A stretch of DNA of 63,793 bases, filler included, from Reclinomonas americana ATCC 50394 (taxonomy: Eukaryota): the NCBI GenBank assembly GCA_048213135.1. It is 7 parts of 3 records of this genome, joined end to end, with 100 filler letters (N's around TTAATTAATTAA, not from the genome) between each part and the next. Parts side by side here need not be neighbours in the genome. Positions count along the whole stretch, not along the records: positions 26,451 to 41,395 come from PS015212.1; positions 41,496 to 54,926 come from PS015212.1; 5 more parts are not named here. One strand, written 5' to 3'. Below the pieces are notes generated by a model. It had not been told where the DNA came from and did not search any database. It saw only the letters and a program-made list of their open reading frames with translations. Shown one piece after another: positions 38,395 to 51,554 of the stretch. The translations under genes and the position numbers were made by a program. The first letter of the stretch is position 1, and the number at the start of each line of letters is the position of its first letter.

Positions 38395-38902
38395 TCACAA
38401 TCTCCGCGCACCTGCGTGTGATACAAGAGTGAGAAGAAGGGACACAGAGTAATCTTCGCAATCACACACATACACGCAGAGAGAGCGACAGAGATGCGTG
38501 TGTGTATAAGGAGTGTGGATGTGTGTCCACAGTGAAAAGAGGGAAACAGGCTCCATCTCGATCACTCTGTTTCTCTCAAACGAGCGTCGGCCATGTCACC
38601 AACGACCACTCACCACTTTGTTAAACACACACACACTCTCGCGCGCGTCTTGTCAACCACACGCACACAAGGCAGCACGTGTGTACTATACACACACAGA
38701 CACGCGCACAACCCACGCTGTGGCACACAAAAAAGTTGATTGAGAAATGTCCTGCGACGTTTCATGTGCGACGTGCTCTCCGTTTCCACTTGCGCGAGAT
38801 CGCCACCGAGACAGTGATGTGAAATGATCGTAGGTAGGCCGAGAGCGAGAGAAGCGCAGCGGAAAATGGCATGCAGGCAGCGTGTCCTGTGACATTGCGC
38901 GC

Positions 38903-40799
38903 ATGTTCGGGTTGGTCGGCAGCGGGCAGCTTCTCGGCAGCTGCTCTTTACGCACTGCCTATTGGCAGCACGTGTGTGGTACATGCGTGGCCATGGGGCA
39001 GCAGGTTTGTCATCATCGATGTCTGTCATGATCGCCTCCTTGCACATGCACGCTCATCGCTGCGTCTCTTCACTCAGCTCGGCCACGCCTCTCGTTTGAC
39101 GCTCAGCTTCGACACCACCGTGCTCAGCGTACTCGTCAGCGCACAAATGCCATCCGCCCCCTCCACAACAACGCCTTCGCCTTCGCCGCCGACTGTCATG
39201 CACATGTGTCCGTTGCGCGGACACGTCGGAAGCGCAACGTGGCCGCCGAAGCTGTCGTACGCCATTGCTGATCCGCGATCGCCCGGACCGTTGTTGGCGG
39301 CTGCATTTCAGTCGCTGCTGCTGGCTTCGGCTGCGGAGGACTCGCTGGCCGATGGCGACACCATGGCACAGCTGATGCCCAAGGTTCCATGTGCTGTTTT
39401 CACCTTCGAGTGTCGTTCTTCTGACGGCTGGTGGCGTGCAGTCGTGGCTGCAGTGGGTGGCGGAGCGATCGCGGCATCGAGCGTCGGCCATTCTGGCGGG
39501 TTTGCCGGAGCTGCCGGCGGCGATCGTCAGTCGCGTGTTGCGCTCGCCGGTGCACGAGCAGGTGGCGGTGGAGCAGCGCGCTGTGCTTTGCGACGGTTCT
39601 GTGTCGTTTGCCGACCTGGCGCTCTCCAGTGAACAGGCGGTGGCCGATGCATTTGAGCTGACGGCGTGGGCGGCGGGGCGGCCTGAGAATGCGGCGACTC
39701 TGCGACTGTTGCGTGCGTGCGCACGCGCGCGCGAAAGAGCAGCTTGTGCAATAGCTGATGGCGGTGCACTCGTCGCAGGGCCGGGCAACAATTTGGCCGC
39801 ATTCTGTACCTCATCGACGCCGTCAAGGACTACGAGCGCGACCTGAAGGCCGACAAGTTCAATCCGCTACTGTACACGGTGCCGGCCTCGTCGCTGTACC
39901 CCACCGTGTTTCGTCGTGGTGCCATTCGAGCTGTGTGTTACCCACCCGCTGACACACCCCCATCCTGCGCAGTTGGTCGCTCTACGAGTCGGCACACAAC
40001 ACCCTCATGCAGCACGTCACGTCTATGACCACGACGACGGCCGGCAAGTCGAATGACAGAGACGTGCTGACGCAGTTGCTCGGGCGCGAGCTGCAGGCCA
40101 GATGTGTGCGTGCCATCCGAGCACTGCGAGACACGCACGCGAGCGCAATGCCTCTCCGTTCGTTCTTGCCGACCTCCGCCGCCAAGATGACCGCCTGCCA
40201 GTCACGACGGCAGACTGTCGACACTGGTGCTGCAATGCTGGCCACTGACGGCGCCCCCTCTGTTCTGTTGTACGCGAGGTCCGATGATCCTCACCAGCGT
40301 GGTGAACAAAGCGCGCAGCCGCCAGAAGTACGACGGTGCGCTGTTGTTCCTCGATTCGTCACTGTTGGGGGTGTGCGCCTGACGTATGCTTGTTCACAGT
40401 GTGCCAAACCTCCCGCCTGCCCCCTCTGCATCACCGCCAATGCCAGCGGCTGCTGGTGTCGTGGGAGGAGCAGCGGCAGCAGCAGCGGCGGCCGCAGCGG
40501 CGGCCACGCAACAGGGACTGCCTCCGTCGAAAAATGGAGGTGACGACAAGGTCTGTTGCTGCTGCGATCGACCCTATTATGATTCCCGAACGTCCCACTT
40601 ATCGCGCCACGCCACCGAACAGGAGGAGGGTGTGGGCAAGGACTGCTGCCGCACGTGCTGCGAGGAGGGCACATGGAATTGCTGCACAGATGCGTGCAGC
40701 TGCTGCCCGAAGTGCGACAAGGGCGGCTGTCATTGCGATGGTTGCGACTGCTGCCACTGCGACAGCTGCCATTGCTGCAGTTGCTGCGACAGCACCTGA
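38903..40799 (+). CDS. DUF5685-like protein with Cys-rich C-terminal tail
   Basis: Spliced: MFGLV...YWQHVCGTCVAMGQQLGHASRLTLSFDTTVLSVLVSAQ...CPLRG...LLLASAAEDSLADGD...FGRILYLIDAVKDYERDLKADKFNPL...CCRTCCEEG...CDGCDCCHCDSCHCCSCCDST*. Confidence 0.75.
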
Positions 40800-40860
40800 T
40801 CGAGAATCTCAGTACACCTTTATTATATAGGTGCACAGCATGAGCGTGTCGCCCCGACAA

Positions 40861-43252
40861 TCAAAAGGTAAACATGCTCTCGGCCGGCACGCCAAAGACG
40901 TCGGTCAGTGCTCGCCGCATGTCGGCGCAAAATCCGTCGGGACCACACAGCAGGTAGCGCGTCGGCGCTCCGCCCGCCAGCACATCCTCGGGAAGCAGCT
41001 GACGCACCTTGTCAGAATTCAGACGACCGCGCAACACGGTCGGCTCCCACGACTCCGGCGGACTGGTGAGCACGAGCGAGACAGAAAAACGATCGCCGTA
41101 CTCGGCGCGGTAGGCATCGAGCTCCGCACGCAGCAAAATGTCCTCTGCACGACTGCGTGAGAGCGCTGGCGGAGGGGCAGATAGTTGGGACAACGACGCC
41201 ACCTTCGTGACGGTTTGAGTACAACAGATGAATCTTGTGATCGGTGCCAGCCTTCAGCAACCCAGTGGCCACCTGAATAGAAGGCACAAGATGAGTGCCA
41301 CGGCCAAGAAAAGGGAGAGAGGCGAAAAACTGCGCACCGAGTACAGCGGAGTGATTCCAGTGCCGGCACCAATGAGTACCACATGTGCCGCCTCCNNNNN
41401 NNNNNNNNNNNNNNNNNNNNNNNNNNNNNNNNNNNNNNNTTAATTAATTAANNNNNNNNNNNNNNNNNNNNNNNNNNNNNNNNNNNNNNNNNNNNAGCGT
41501 GAGGTTGTGCGAGTAGTGCGAAATGGGTCCCTTGATCAGCATGGACGAGTGGCCCGGCCGCAACGTGAAAATGTGCGACGACACTGGCCCGCCCTCGTAT
41601 CGCTGGAGGGGATGGGGTGGTGAAAGTCCATTAGTCAAGGAAAGAAGACATGACCATGCTTGGTGTGCTTGCCTTGATGAGGAGGCGAATGATTTCGCCG
41701 TCGAAACCAATCGGCGTGTACGGGCGTTGAATGTAACCAGCCACGGCTTTCTGATCAATGGCCCTGCCGCGCAAACCGTTTGAGCACAATCGGCGAATCA
41801 CAAGAGCATGCACACAATGGGGTCGCACCGCAGGTAGATGTGCTCTCCAATGTCGAGCGTCATGCGCACATCGGGCGGCACCATGAACTCGAACACGGCC
41901 GTGTTGGGCGACGTATCTTTGCGCGTCAGGAGCGGCATCTNNNNNNNNNNNNNNNNNNNNNNNNNNNNNNNNNNNNNNNNNNNNNNNNNNNNNNNNNNNN
42001 NNNNNNNNNNNNNNNNNNNNNNNNNNNNNNNNNNNNNNNNNNNNNNNNNNNNNNNNNNNNNNNNNNNNNNNNNNNNNNNNNNNNNNNNNNNNNNNNNNNN
42101 NNNNNNNNNNNNNNNNNNNNNNNNNNNNNNNNNNNNNNNNNNNNNNNNNNNNNNNNNNNNNNNNNNNNNNNNNNNNNNNNNNNNNNNNNNNNNNNNNNNN
42201 NNNNNNNNNNNNNNNNNNNNNNNNNNNNNNNNNNNNNNNNNNNNNNNNNNNNNNNNNNNNNNNNNNNNNNNNNNNNNNNNNNNNNNNNNNNNNNNNNNNN
42301 NNNNNNNNNNNNNNNNNNNNNNNNNNNNNNNNNNNNNNNNNNNNNNNNNNNNNNNNNNNNNNNNNNNNNNNNNNNNNNNNNNNNNNNNNNNNNNNNNNNN
42401 NNNNNNNNNNNNNNNNNNNNNNNNNNNNNNNNNNNNNNNNNNNNNNNNNNNNNNNNNNNNNNNNNNNNNNNNNNNNNNNNNNNNNNNNNNNNNNNNNNNN
42501 NNNNNNNNNNNNNNNNNNNNNNNNCCTGGAATCCCTCGCGCTTGGCATTGGTCAGCGCCGACGGCAGCGCACCCGGAGCCGCCTCTCCTCTGGCCGCTGC
42601 TCACAGACGACAATTTGAGCTCCCGCAAACGATCGAGGCTGCTCGGGAAGAAGAACGAACCACTGGCCGACGATGGGCCCACCAGCAGCGACGACACTGA
42701 CAATGAACTGGGCGCCTCTACGTGCAGCAACAACAACGAAACACCCATCAGCAGCACGACGACGACTGAAGAAAACCAGGAGCCTCCTCATACATACCCT
42801 TCTTCAGCTCGCCAATCTCATACTTGCTGATCAACTCCTTGGCAAACGTGGAGTGGCTGCAAATCCACGGTCACCAACTCACATAGACACGCACACACAC
42901 ACACGTGCAAGAGAGGCAACGAACATGGGATCAAACAGCGTGGTGGCATCAATGCCCGCGCCCTCCTGCACATTCTGAATGAGCACCAACTCACACACAG
43001 ACACGCAAAGATCGCGACACAGAACCATGATAAACGCCTCGCCACCAGGATGCTCATCGACAAACTTGGAGACGTCCAGCACACGCCCATACATCACCAT
43101 CCAGCAGTCTGCACACACACACACACACGAATGAGAGAGAGAGAGTCACAAGCGTTTTCGCGCGCAACAGTCGCACCATCGGGCTTGTTGTGCTGCGCCA
43201 CCTCGGCCATCGTAAACTGCCGCTTCCCCTCGCCTCCAGCCGCACTCGCCAT
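40861..43252 (-). CDS. Cytochrome b5 / NADH-cytochrome b5 reductase fusion protein (internal gap)
   Basis: EVAQHN..DCWM...HPGG...GIDAT..FDPIHS (cyt b5); RPYTP, LLIKRYEGGPVS (GC-AG intron), GAGTGITP, LLYSN, LCGP (reductase). Confidence 0.9.
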
Positions 43253-43334
43253 TGTCACACACAGTCGCACACAACAAAAAAGGTGAACGACAGAAAACAC
43301 CGATCGATCGGAGGACGACTTGTCTTTCTCTCTT

Positions 43335-45021
43335 ATGTACGCCGACGGGAAGCCGACGTTGCAACCGCTCGGACGCTCCGTGATCAAGTCGCGTGCCGAT
43401 ACTCGCTCGTTCCTGTGCGATATCGTCGGCAACGATGTGCTTCGCCAGCACGTGATGGGCATTGGGTGCGCACATACCACTCTGTCTCTGTCTCTTTGCT
43501 GTTGCTGATCGGTGTGCACAGACAGATTCTGAAGATGGTGGTGCGTCTACTGTGTATCTGTGTGCGTGCGTTGAGTGCGTTTCTGAGTGAGTGGTGCGAT
43601 AGGATGTGACGGCGGGGCGAGTGGCGTTTGCGCACTGCCAGACGCGCATCACGACGCTGTTGTTTGACGCGGTGAGTGTGAAGCGACCGGTGCTGCATGG
43701 CGATCTGGTGCGCGTGGAGGGCGAGCTGCTGCGCGTGGGTATGCCTACGTGCCCACTTGCGGCTGCTTGTTGTCGAGCATCGCTCAGTCTGCGTTTGGAT
43801 ATATAGGGAGAACATCGATGGTCGTGCGCAGTCGTGTGTTTCGTCGCGATCTGCAGTCGAGTCAGTGGCAGCTGGTGCTCGTTGGCGATGTGACGCTGGT
43901 GGCGCTCGATGCGCAGCTGAGACCAACGGATCAGATCCCGCGCCTGCTGGAGCAGGAGGAGGCGGCCAAGGCGGAGGCCGCGGCCAAGGTCAGTGTCAAC
44001 TCCGGCGGTCGGGATTCGGAGAGCGATCGGGCGAGCGCCGTGGAGCGGAATGGTGGGTGTGTCGTGGTGGATGCGCTGCTCGTCAACAGGCGACTCACTG
44101 ACTGCGTCGCAGAGTTCCCGGCCGTCGAGGGTCGCCTGACTGGTTCGGTGGCGAGATCGTGCACAGATGCACAACTGTTGTCTCACTTCTCTCTTGTTCT
44201 ACACAGTGGCCGATGTGGAGGACGAGCTGAACCAGTCAAAGACCGTAAAGGTACCAATGGCCGACACGGAGATCGTGTTCCAAAAGCTGTTTGCGCCCAA
44301 GGATAAGAATCCCAACAACTTTCTCTTTGGCGGCGAGATGCTCGACATGATGGAGGTGGGCAGCAGAGACCATCTCGTCGCACCCCACATAGCTTGCTTG
44401 CCTCACGCCGTTCGGTGCAGAAATTGTCGTCGTACACGTGCAAGGCTTTCCTCGGGCAAGACGAGTGCTTCACCACGCACATGAATCGTGTGGTGTTCAA
44501 GGTTCTTCATGAAGTGATGGCTGATGCTGCAGTGCACTTGTGGTTCTCACTCCCCTCGCAGCTCCCCGTCAACATCATCGACATGGTCCGCGCCACCGCA
44601 CGCATCATCTACGTCAGTGCCCACCACATGACCGTCCGCGTCGATGTGTGCGTCGTGGCCGCCGACAATGTCGTGCGCAAGTCCCACACTGGTGTGTTGC
44701 GACCGGAGAAGATAGAGAGGGAGAAACATGCTGACTTGCACGTCGCCACCCAGGGTACTTTACGGTGGCTGCAGTGGATCGCGCCGGCTGGAAGATGCCC
44801 ATCCAAAAGGCAAGAGTCCCGCAAAGCGAGAGAGAGAGAGAAACGAGAGTCACCTGTTCTCACGGTATTGATCGTGCCCTCGACAGGGTCTGCTGCTGAG
44901 CGACGATGACCAGCAGAGCTTGCGACAGTTCCAGCAGGGACACATGCTGCACGAGGCCATTCGCAAGCGCGCCGTAGCCGAGGCAGACAACAGCGGGCAA
45001 ACGCTGCGGGCCAAGCTCTGA
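43335..45021 (+). CDS. Double hot-dog acyl-CoA thioesterase with PTS1-like C-terminus (AKL)
   Basis: GQILKMVDVTAG...FDAVSVKRPVLHGDLVRVEGELLRVGRTSM; DKNPNNFLFGGEMLDMME; GYFTVAAVD; ends LRAKL*. Confidence 0.85.
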
Positions 45022-45149
45022 ACCGCGCCATCCACCGTAGGAGAGCAGTAAAAAAAGCACTGTTTGATTTTTTGTTGCATTACGTCATTCCTCTGCCAGC
45101 ACTCCGCTCTCCCTCTCTCTCGCGCGCACATCACCGACACGTTTGAGTG

Positions 45150-45649
45150 TTACTCGGCCGCCACAGCATCCGCTCCATCGGCACCCTTCGGTGCACTGCA
45201 ACAGCCACCACAACAACAACAACCGTGAGCCGGACCGCATCAGCGGCATAGGGAGAGAGAAGCAGTCCACCACCGCACCTCGTCCAGTACGCATCCAGCT
45301 CATCGTCGAGCTTCGACACTGAGTGATCACGGCCCATGTAGTCGTCCAGCTCCTTGTCGAGATCGTCAATGTTGGCCTGCAGCACCCATTAGCAAACGGC
45401 GAGGAACCGAACCGATTGCAAAAAAACGAGGGACTCACTCCGCCACCGCGTCCACCGGCGGCACCGCCGCGGCCACCACGGCCACCGCGGCCACCACGGC
45501 CACCACGGCCACCGCGACCACCACGTCCACCAGCAGCACCACCACGAGCTCCACCGCGACCACCACCGCGACCACCTGCTACGGCCACTGCACCACCGCG
45601 ACGACCGCCACGGCCTACCACCACGCAGTGAGCACCACGCACACACATG

Positions 45650-45709
<60 letters not shown>

Positions 45710-46237
45710 GTGCTTAAAACACACACCTCCGCGCGGGGAGAGCTGGCCACCACCACGTGCCACTCGCCGGTTGGCATTGACCTGTGGCCGCACCACCTGC
45801 GTCTCCTGCTGCACACCGCGACGTCGCTGCTGCACCGCCTGCGTGCGGTTCGCGTGTCCCACTTGCTGCGCAGAGACACGTCGCTGCACGGTCTTGCCCG
45901 CCATCTTGGCGCCGGCTTGCGACTGCGGGCAAAGGAAACATGCAAGTAAGACAACATGAAATGGACACACTCTCTCCCTCCCTCTCGTGACGTTGCTGCT
46001 GTTGATGGGCGGTGCAACGGGCGCACAGGTGCACAGTCACACATACAGTGTGCACACTGACACACACGCGCAGGCCAAAACGAGGCAACATGGCCATGGC
46101 AAACCGCACTGTTTTTCCTTTCGCGAAACCACCTCTCCTTCTCTTCCGTGTGCACACACACACACACACACACGAACCTTGACGGTCTTGAACCGCTCGC
46201 TCAGCGTCACTTTGATGCCACCCCTGCGTCCCGACAT
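45150..46237 (-). CDS. CHTOP/FoP-like RGG-rich mRNA-export factor
   Basis: N-terminal KVTLSERF; long RGG tract; duplicated DLDKELDDYM / KLDDELDAYW motif (FoP duplication). Confidence 0.8.
45440..45620 (-). repeat. Coding 9-nt tandem repeat encoding (RGG)n
   Basis: ccaccgcgg/ccaccacgg units on + strand; RGGRGGRGG on - strand. Confidence 0.85.
45651..45707. repeat. (CA)n microsatellite in an intron
   Basis: About 28 CA units. Confidence 0.95.
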
Positions 46238-46308
46238 GATGAGGTTCCGATGCTTGTGATTGGTCGAGTGGAGTGGACCGTGAACTCACTCTGCTCACGC
46301 TACATAAC

Positions 46309-49300
46309 ATGGAGGAACGCGGGCCGCCGTTCGACGAGAAGCTCGATGCGTTTCGGCACGAGTTCGAGGCGGCTAGTCGATCGCTGCGAGTGCGTTGCCG
46401 TTTTTTCGATCCACTGTCTGTGTGCGACTTGTCTCTCTGATTTCGCGCGCGCTCGTGTATGTGTGGGTGTGCAGAACCCAGCGATGGTGCACTCGGCGCA
46501 GAGTGCGTTGCAGGAGTGGCGCAAGGATAACGACAGCCTGGTGGCGTTCTATTACATTGTCGGTGAGATAGTGATCATCGTTGACTGAGAGAGGATGATG
46601 ATGGGGCTGGTTGTTGATCGTGCGCCCCCACGCAGCACACTCGAGGGAGTCCGATGCGCTCATGCAGGCGCTCTCTGCCATGCCGGAGGTGTACATGCGT
46701 GTGTGGCCGCTGCTGACACGAGAGTTTCGCGCCGAGTTGCGCGGGTTCCTCATGACGTATCTCGTGCATGTGGCGCCACGGTGCGTCGTCGCTGTTGTTG
46801 TCGTCTCTTCTCATTGCGCATCGTCGTTTACCATCAGAGTGTGCATGTATGTAGCGTGGGAGAACGCACAGTCAGTCGAATGACGGCACGTGCGTTGGCG
46901 TTGATGATCAAGCGCGACTGGCTCGACACCACCGACGAGGAGCACTATGTGTTGCATTCGCAGATTAGCGCGTTGCTGGAGATGGAGACGAGTGAGATGG
47001 TGAGCTTTCCTGTTTCGTTCTCTCAGACGTGGAGCATGCGTCGACGCTGATCTCATCGGCGCGAGTCCATCAGAAACTGGCCGGCACCATTCTGATCTCG
47101 GAACTGGTCACGGAATTCTGCTCAGTGTCGGGGTCGCGGATGGGCGTGTCGTGGGACTTTCACGCGACAGTACGCGCCTCGTTTCAGGAGAGCTTTTTGC
47201 ATGGCTCGTTTAGCGTCGCACTGCAACTGTTGCATCAGGTGGTGACCTCGGCAGTCGACGGGACTGTGCGAGAGGATGACGCACACTTGTTTGCGCACAC
47301 TGTAACGCTGCTCGGCAACATTCTGTCGTGGGATTTCATGGAGAGCAAAGGTGACTCCAGCGTTGTTGTGCACGGAATCGAGCTGTGCGACTCCACATTC
47401 ACGCTTTTGCGCACACGCAGAATCGAGTTCACTGCGTGCACTCATGTCGCCGTCGGTTGGTTCTGGCCAGGTCAAGATGTCTACGTCGTTTGTGGAACCC
47501 GGCGCTGCGTGGCACGACTTGGTGGCGAACGACTCGGTCTTGCTTCTGTTTCTCAAGGTCCGCTGCCTGCTCGGCTTGCTGCTGCTGTTTTGCCGTTCGC
47601 TCACGGAGAGTGCAGGCACACGAGCTCGCCCGTGCGGAGCCAACGACCTCGCACACCCTGTGTGAGATCATGATGCAGATGGCGTCACTGCGCGGCAGCA
47701 TCTTTGCGGACCTCAACAACGAGCTCCAGTTCATGTCGTCGCTGCTGACGGGCGTCATGGAGTGGTACCAGCAGTTGCGCGCTCACTTTTTTCTTTTTCC
47801 CGTCGAAACCACTGCGCCTCATCGAGTTGCATTGCTGTAAGTGCACCTGCTGATCTGGACGAGGACTTGCGCTCGACCGAGCTGCTCGACGTGTCGCAGA
47901 TTCTGCTGCGCTGCGTGCAAAACCTGACGCTGAAGAAGCTGACGCAGCTGCCGTGCTTCCAGCCACTGCTGTCGTTCATGATGGATCTCATCTGTTTCAC
48001 CCTCCACCCGCCCGCCGACGACGTCGAACAGACGTGGTTGCTGGAGAGTTTTGATGTGCTGCTGGACTGTTGGGCATTCATCGGTGAGGGCGTCGCTGGG
48101 TGTGTGGAGTGTGGACGAACGCGTACTCACTCTGTTTCGTCACCCTCGGCAGCTGTCGATGTGGAGTTACTGGCCACGTCGCATGTGCCCGTGGACGCCG
48201 CAGTACCGCAATGTGCGACCTTTATTTTCCAGACGTACGTGGATGCACGTTTGCGCAAGGGTCGATTGCAGTTGAATCTGGACGAGGATGATCCGGGCGC
48301 GGAGATTTTCGACGAGCAGGCGCTTCTCGACGCACAGGTACAAGCGGGGTGTGCCACGGAAAGAGAGTACGAGGTGTCCACTGCTGACCATCTCCCCGTC
48401 GCGCAGCTGGACCAAGTGGCTACCTTTGCTCGTATTTCGCCATACGTCAGCCTGGAACACGTGTGGAAGCTGTTGTCGGCACGCTTGCATGCATTTTCTG
48501 TTGTTGCGCACTCGGAAACCCCACCCGAGGCAATGCTCGTGGAACTCGGTGCGTTGATCCTTCGGCGGCATTCCCATTTGGGACAGTACAAAGCTCATCA
48601 TCGGCAACAGAGAACGGACCGGTGCACAGTATTGAGATGCTGGAGGACATCTACTGGCTTTTGCGCCTGTTGACTGCGGTGTTGGCGGACTCGCCCGATG
48701 GTGAGACACCGATGGTGCCGCGTTCGATTCTGGACATGTCTCGCGAAGTTGTGTTTCGCCGTCTTTCCCAACCATCACCTCGTCGCTTCAACTCAATCGG
48801 GGCGACTGTGGGCAGACTCCGGCTGACGGAAATCCGCTGGTCGCCATCTCCAATGGCATTGTGCAGTTTGCGTCGCTTGTGGCCGACCTGTTGACGCACT
48901 ACTCGCAGGTTTTTTCTGTTGACTTGCATCGCCACCATGCACTTCTCGTGCATGTTCTCACCCTCACACGGCACGCAGCACGTAATGGCCAGTCCGCGTG
49001 TGTTGGAGGTTCTCTGTGTGTTTCTGGAGCGATGGGCGGCCACGTACCTCATGCCAGACATTTCACAATACGAGCACTATTGGTCGGTCTCCCCCGTCGC
49101 TCGCTGGCGCACACACTCTCTCTCTCTCTTACATCCTCCCCAGTCCCACACTTGGCGAGCTGTACGGTCCCGAGTGCGATGGTGCCGTGCACGTCGTGCA
49201 AGTCGTTCTTCATTTGGCCTATGAGATTTTCCGATGTTTGCCCACCGAGCCCGTACTGTGTGGCAAGGTTCGACCGTGTCACGCGCTTCCTTGTGGCCGT

Positions 49301-51512
49301 GCTGTGCTCTTACTGTCCCTCGCACTCGCAAAGTTGTGCGACCTGCTCATCTCGCTGAGCAAGCGGAAAGCCATCGGCAACACCATGATCAACTTGGGTG
49401 CGTGGCCGTGCACAGTTGCAGTCTGTCACACTCGCCTCACTCACACGCGCCGCAGACTCGTGGTGGATGGTGGCGCTGGCCAATGTCGGCTTCGAGGGCA
49501 CATTCGCCAGTCATCCACTGAACATCCGAAGGTTCGGCCAGCCCTGACTGCCGAGCCACGCGTCGTTTCATTCTCTAAGTTGTGCACTGTTGTTGTTGTT
49601 GTTGTTGTTGCTGTTGTGCAGATCGCTTGTCGTGGCCGCCTGCCACGTGTGCTCGTCGCCTGATCGGCGGGAGGAGAGTGAGCAGGCGTTTCTCAGAATA
49701 CTCACCCCACTGCGAGTTACGTCTGTAAAGCGGACGGCATACGCATCCGTCTCGACTTACTCCTTGTGCCTGCAGGAACGGATTGTCGCTGTGGTGTCGG
49801 CTGACGACTTTGCGCAGTCCATAAGTTCGCCTGCGACGCAGGTGCGATTGCGAATCACAGCAGGGGGGAGAACTCGATCGCTGCATGTCAGCTTACTTTT
49901 ATCGCGCAGTCCACGATTCAGGCGCTGTTGGAAATGCTTCGCGGCACTGTACTGGCCTCGGATTCGAGTGTGGCCGAGCTTCTCTTCCTGTTCCTGACTG
50001 AATTCTTCATCATCCTGCGACATTTGCTGGAAATGTTCCACATGTACTCGCCAGTGACGACGCTGGTCATGCAGCTGGTGTGCGACATGGTCGACATCCA
50101 GGTGCGTCACTGCGACAGCATCGGTGAATGACGACGGCATGGACTCGGATAGGCTTAATGTCGTGCGCTATGTGCAGTTTGTGCTCGTGCCCAACACGCA
50201 CACGCAGCTGGTATATGCACTCTGTACGGATGTGCTCAAGTGGTACTCTCGCCAGAACACTGGTGAGTGTGCCTCATTCTTGCGGCCTTTTTCTTTCTTT
50301 CTCGCGCCTCATTGTGGCGCACATTACTCAAGGTCGGTCCGCACCAGCGCGGTTGTCGCACGAGCAAGTGGAGTCGGAAGACGATGAGCAAATCACAGAC
50401 CTCATCATCCTGCTGAAGATGCTCACGCACTTGTTCAACAAGGACTTTCTCGATTTCTCGCTGGATGGCCGTTGCGTAACAAAAGCAGGCGCACGCAGCG
50501 GTCGTAGCTGACATTACTTGCTTTTCTATTCTAGCTGCTGCGCCAGAGGCCGTGGCCGAGGGCGAGCTGACCGTGGCACATGTCGTCTTTTTCGGCCTGG
50601 CGACACTGATGCCGCTGCTGCGACCGGAGCTGTTCGAGGTTTGCCGCTGCTCGTGCGGTTTCCAACGCCTGTTGCTGACTCGCGCGCACACGCGCACACG
50701 CGTAAACAGTACCCCAACCTGGCGTCGGAGTTCTTCCACTTTTTGCGCTATCTGACCACGGTGTTCCCCGAGCGTGTTGCCGAGTTGCCGGCTGATATGT
50801 TCGGGCATGTGATGTCTGGCATCGAGTTTGGTCTTCGCCAATTGTTGCGTTGTGCACTGCTGCTGCTGTTGTCCACCTTGTGCGCAATAAGTACCTTACC
50901 GACAAGCACATCGCACAGACACAACGGCAAAGTGTGCCAGCTGGCGCTGGAGGCGCTTGCGGCACTCGTATTCTACCACTTGCGCTACCAAGCCGGTGAG
51001 TGGATGCAACAGCATGATGCACTTTGCTTCGGTCTCTCACACCCCCTTCGTTCACAGATGGTGGCGTGCCACTACTTCTCCAATCGGAGCCACCGGCACT
51101 CTCGCGTTTCCAGCATCAGCTGCTCAACATGTTGGTGTTTGAGGACGTGAACTCGGATCTGTTGGACCAGGCCGCCGACGCCATGCTGGCTCTCGTGCTT
51201 GCCGACGAGGTTTGCCACGACGACGCATGTGCAGTTGTGCTTCCTTCGCTCCTCCTCTTCTTCTCATTCTGCTGCTCCACCCAGGGCTCGTTCCGCGCTC
51301 TGGCCGCCGAGTTGATGGGCTACGTGCTGCACGACAGCTACCGAGAACCCGTGGAGCAGGCATTCAGTCGCCTGCTGATTGTGGCCACCGCACCGTCGCC
51401 AACACATTCGAGGCTACCGCAGGCCGCCATCACCAGCGAGATGAAGCATCACTTTAGGAAAGCGTTGGTGCAGTTTGTCACCGACGTCCGCTGCTATGTT
51501 CGCATGAAGTAG
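46309..51512 (+). CDS. XPO4: Exportin-4-like karyopherin, many introns
   Basis: ALMIKRDWLD; LISELVTEF...MGVSWDFH...SFQ; ILSWDF; MQMASLRGSIF; EDIYWLL...VLAD..GETPMVP; KDFLDFS; QYPNLASEFF; FVTDVRCYVRMK*. Confidence 0.88.
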
Positions 51513-51554
51513 AATCTCTATATAAACACACACTGTCATAATTCTCCTCTTTAC

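Noticed and set aside
40640-40799. Stand-alone metallothionein gene
   Set aside because: The Cys-rich stretch has no start of its own and splices in frame to the DUF5685-like gene.
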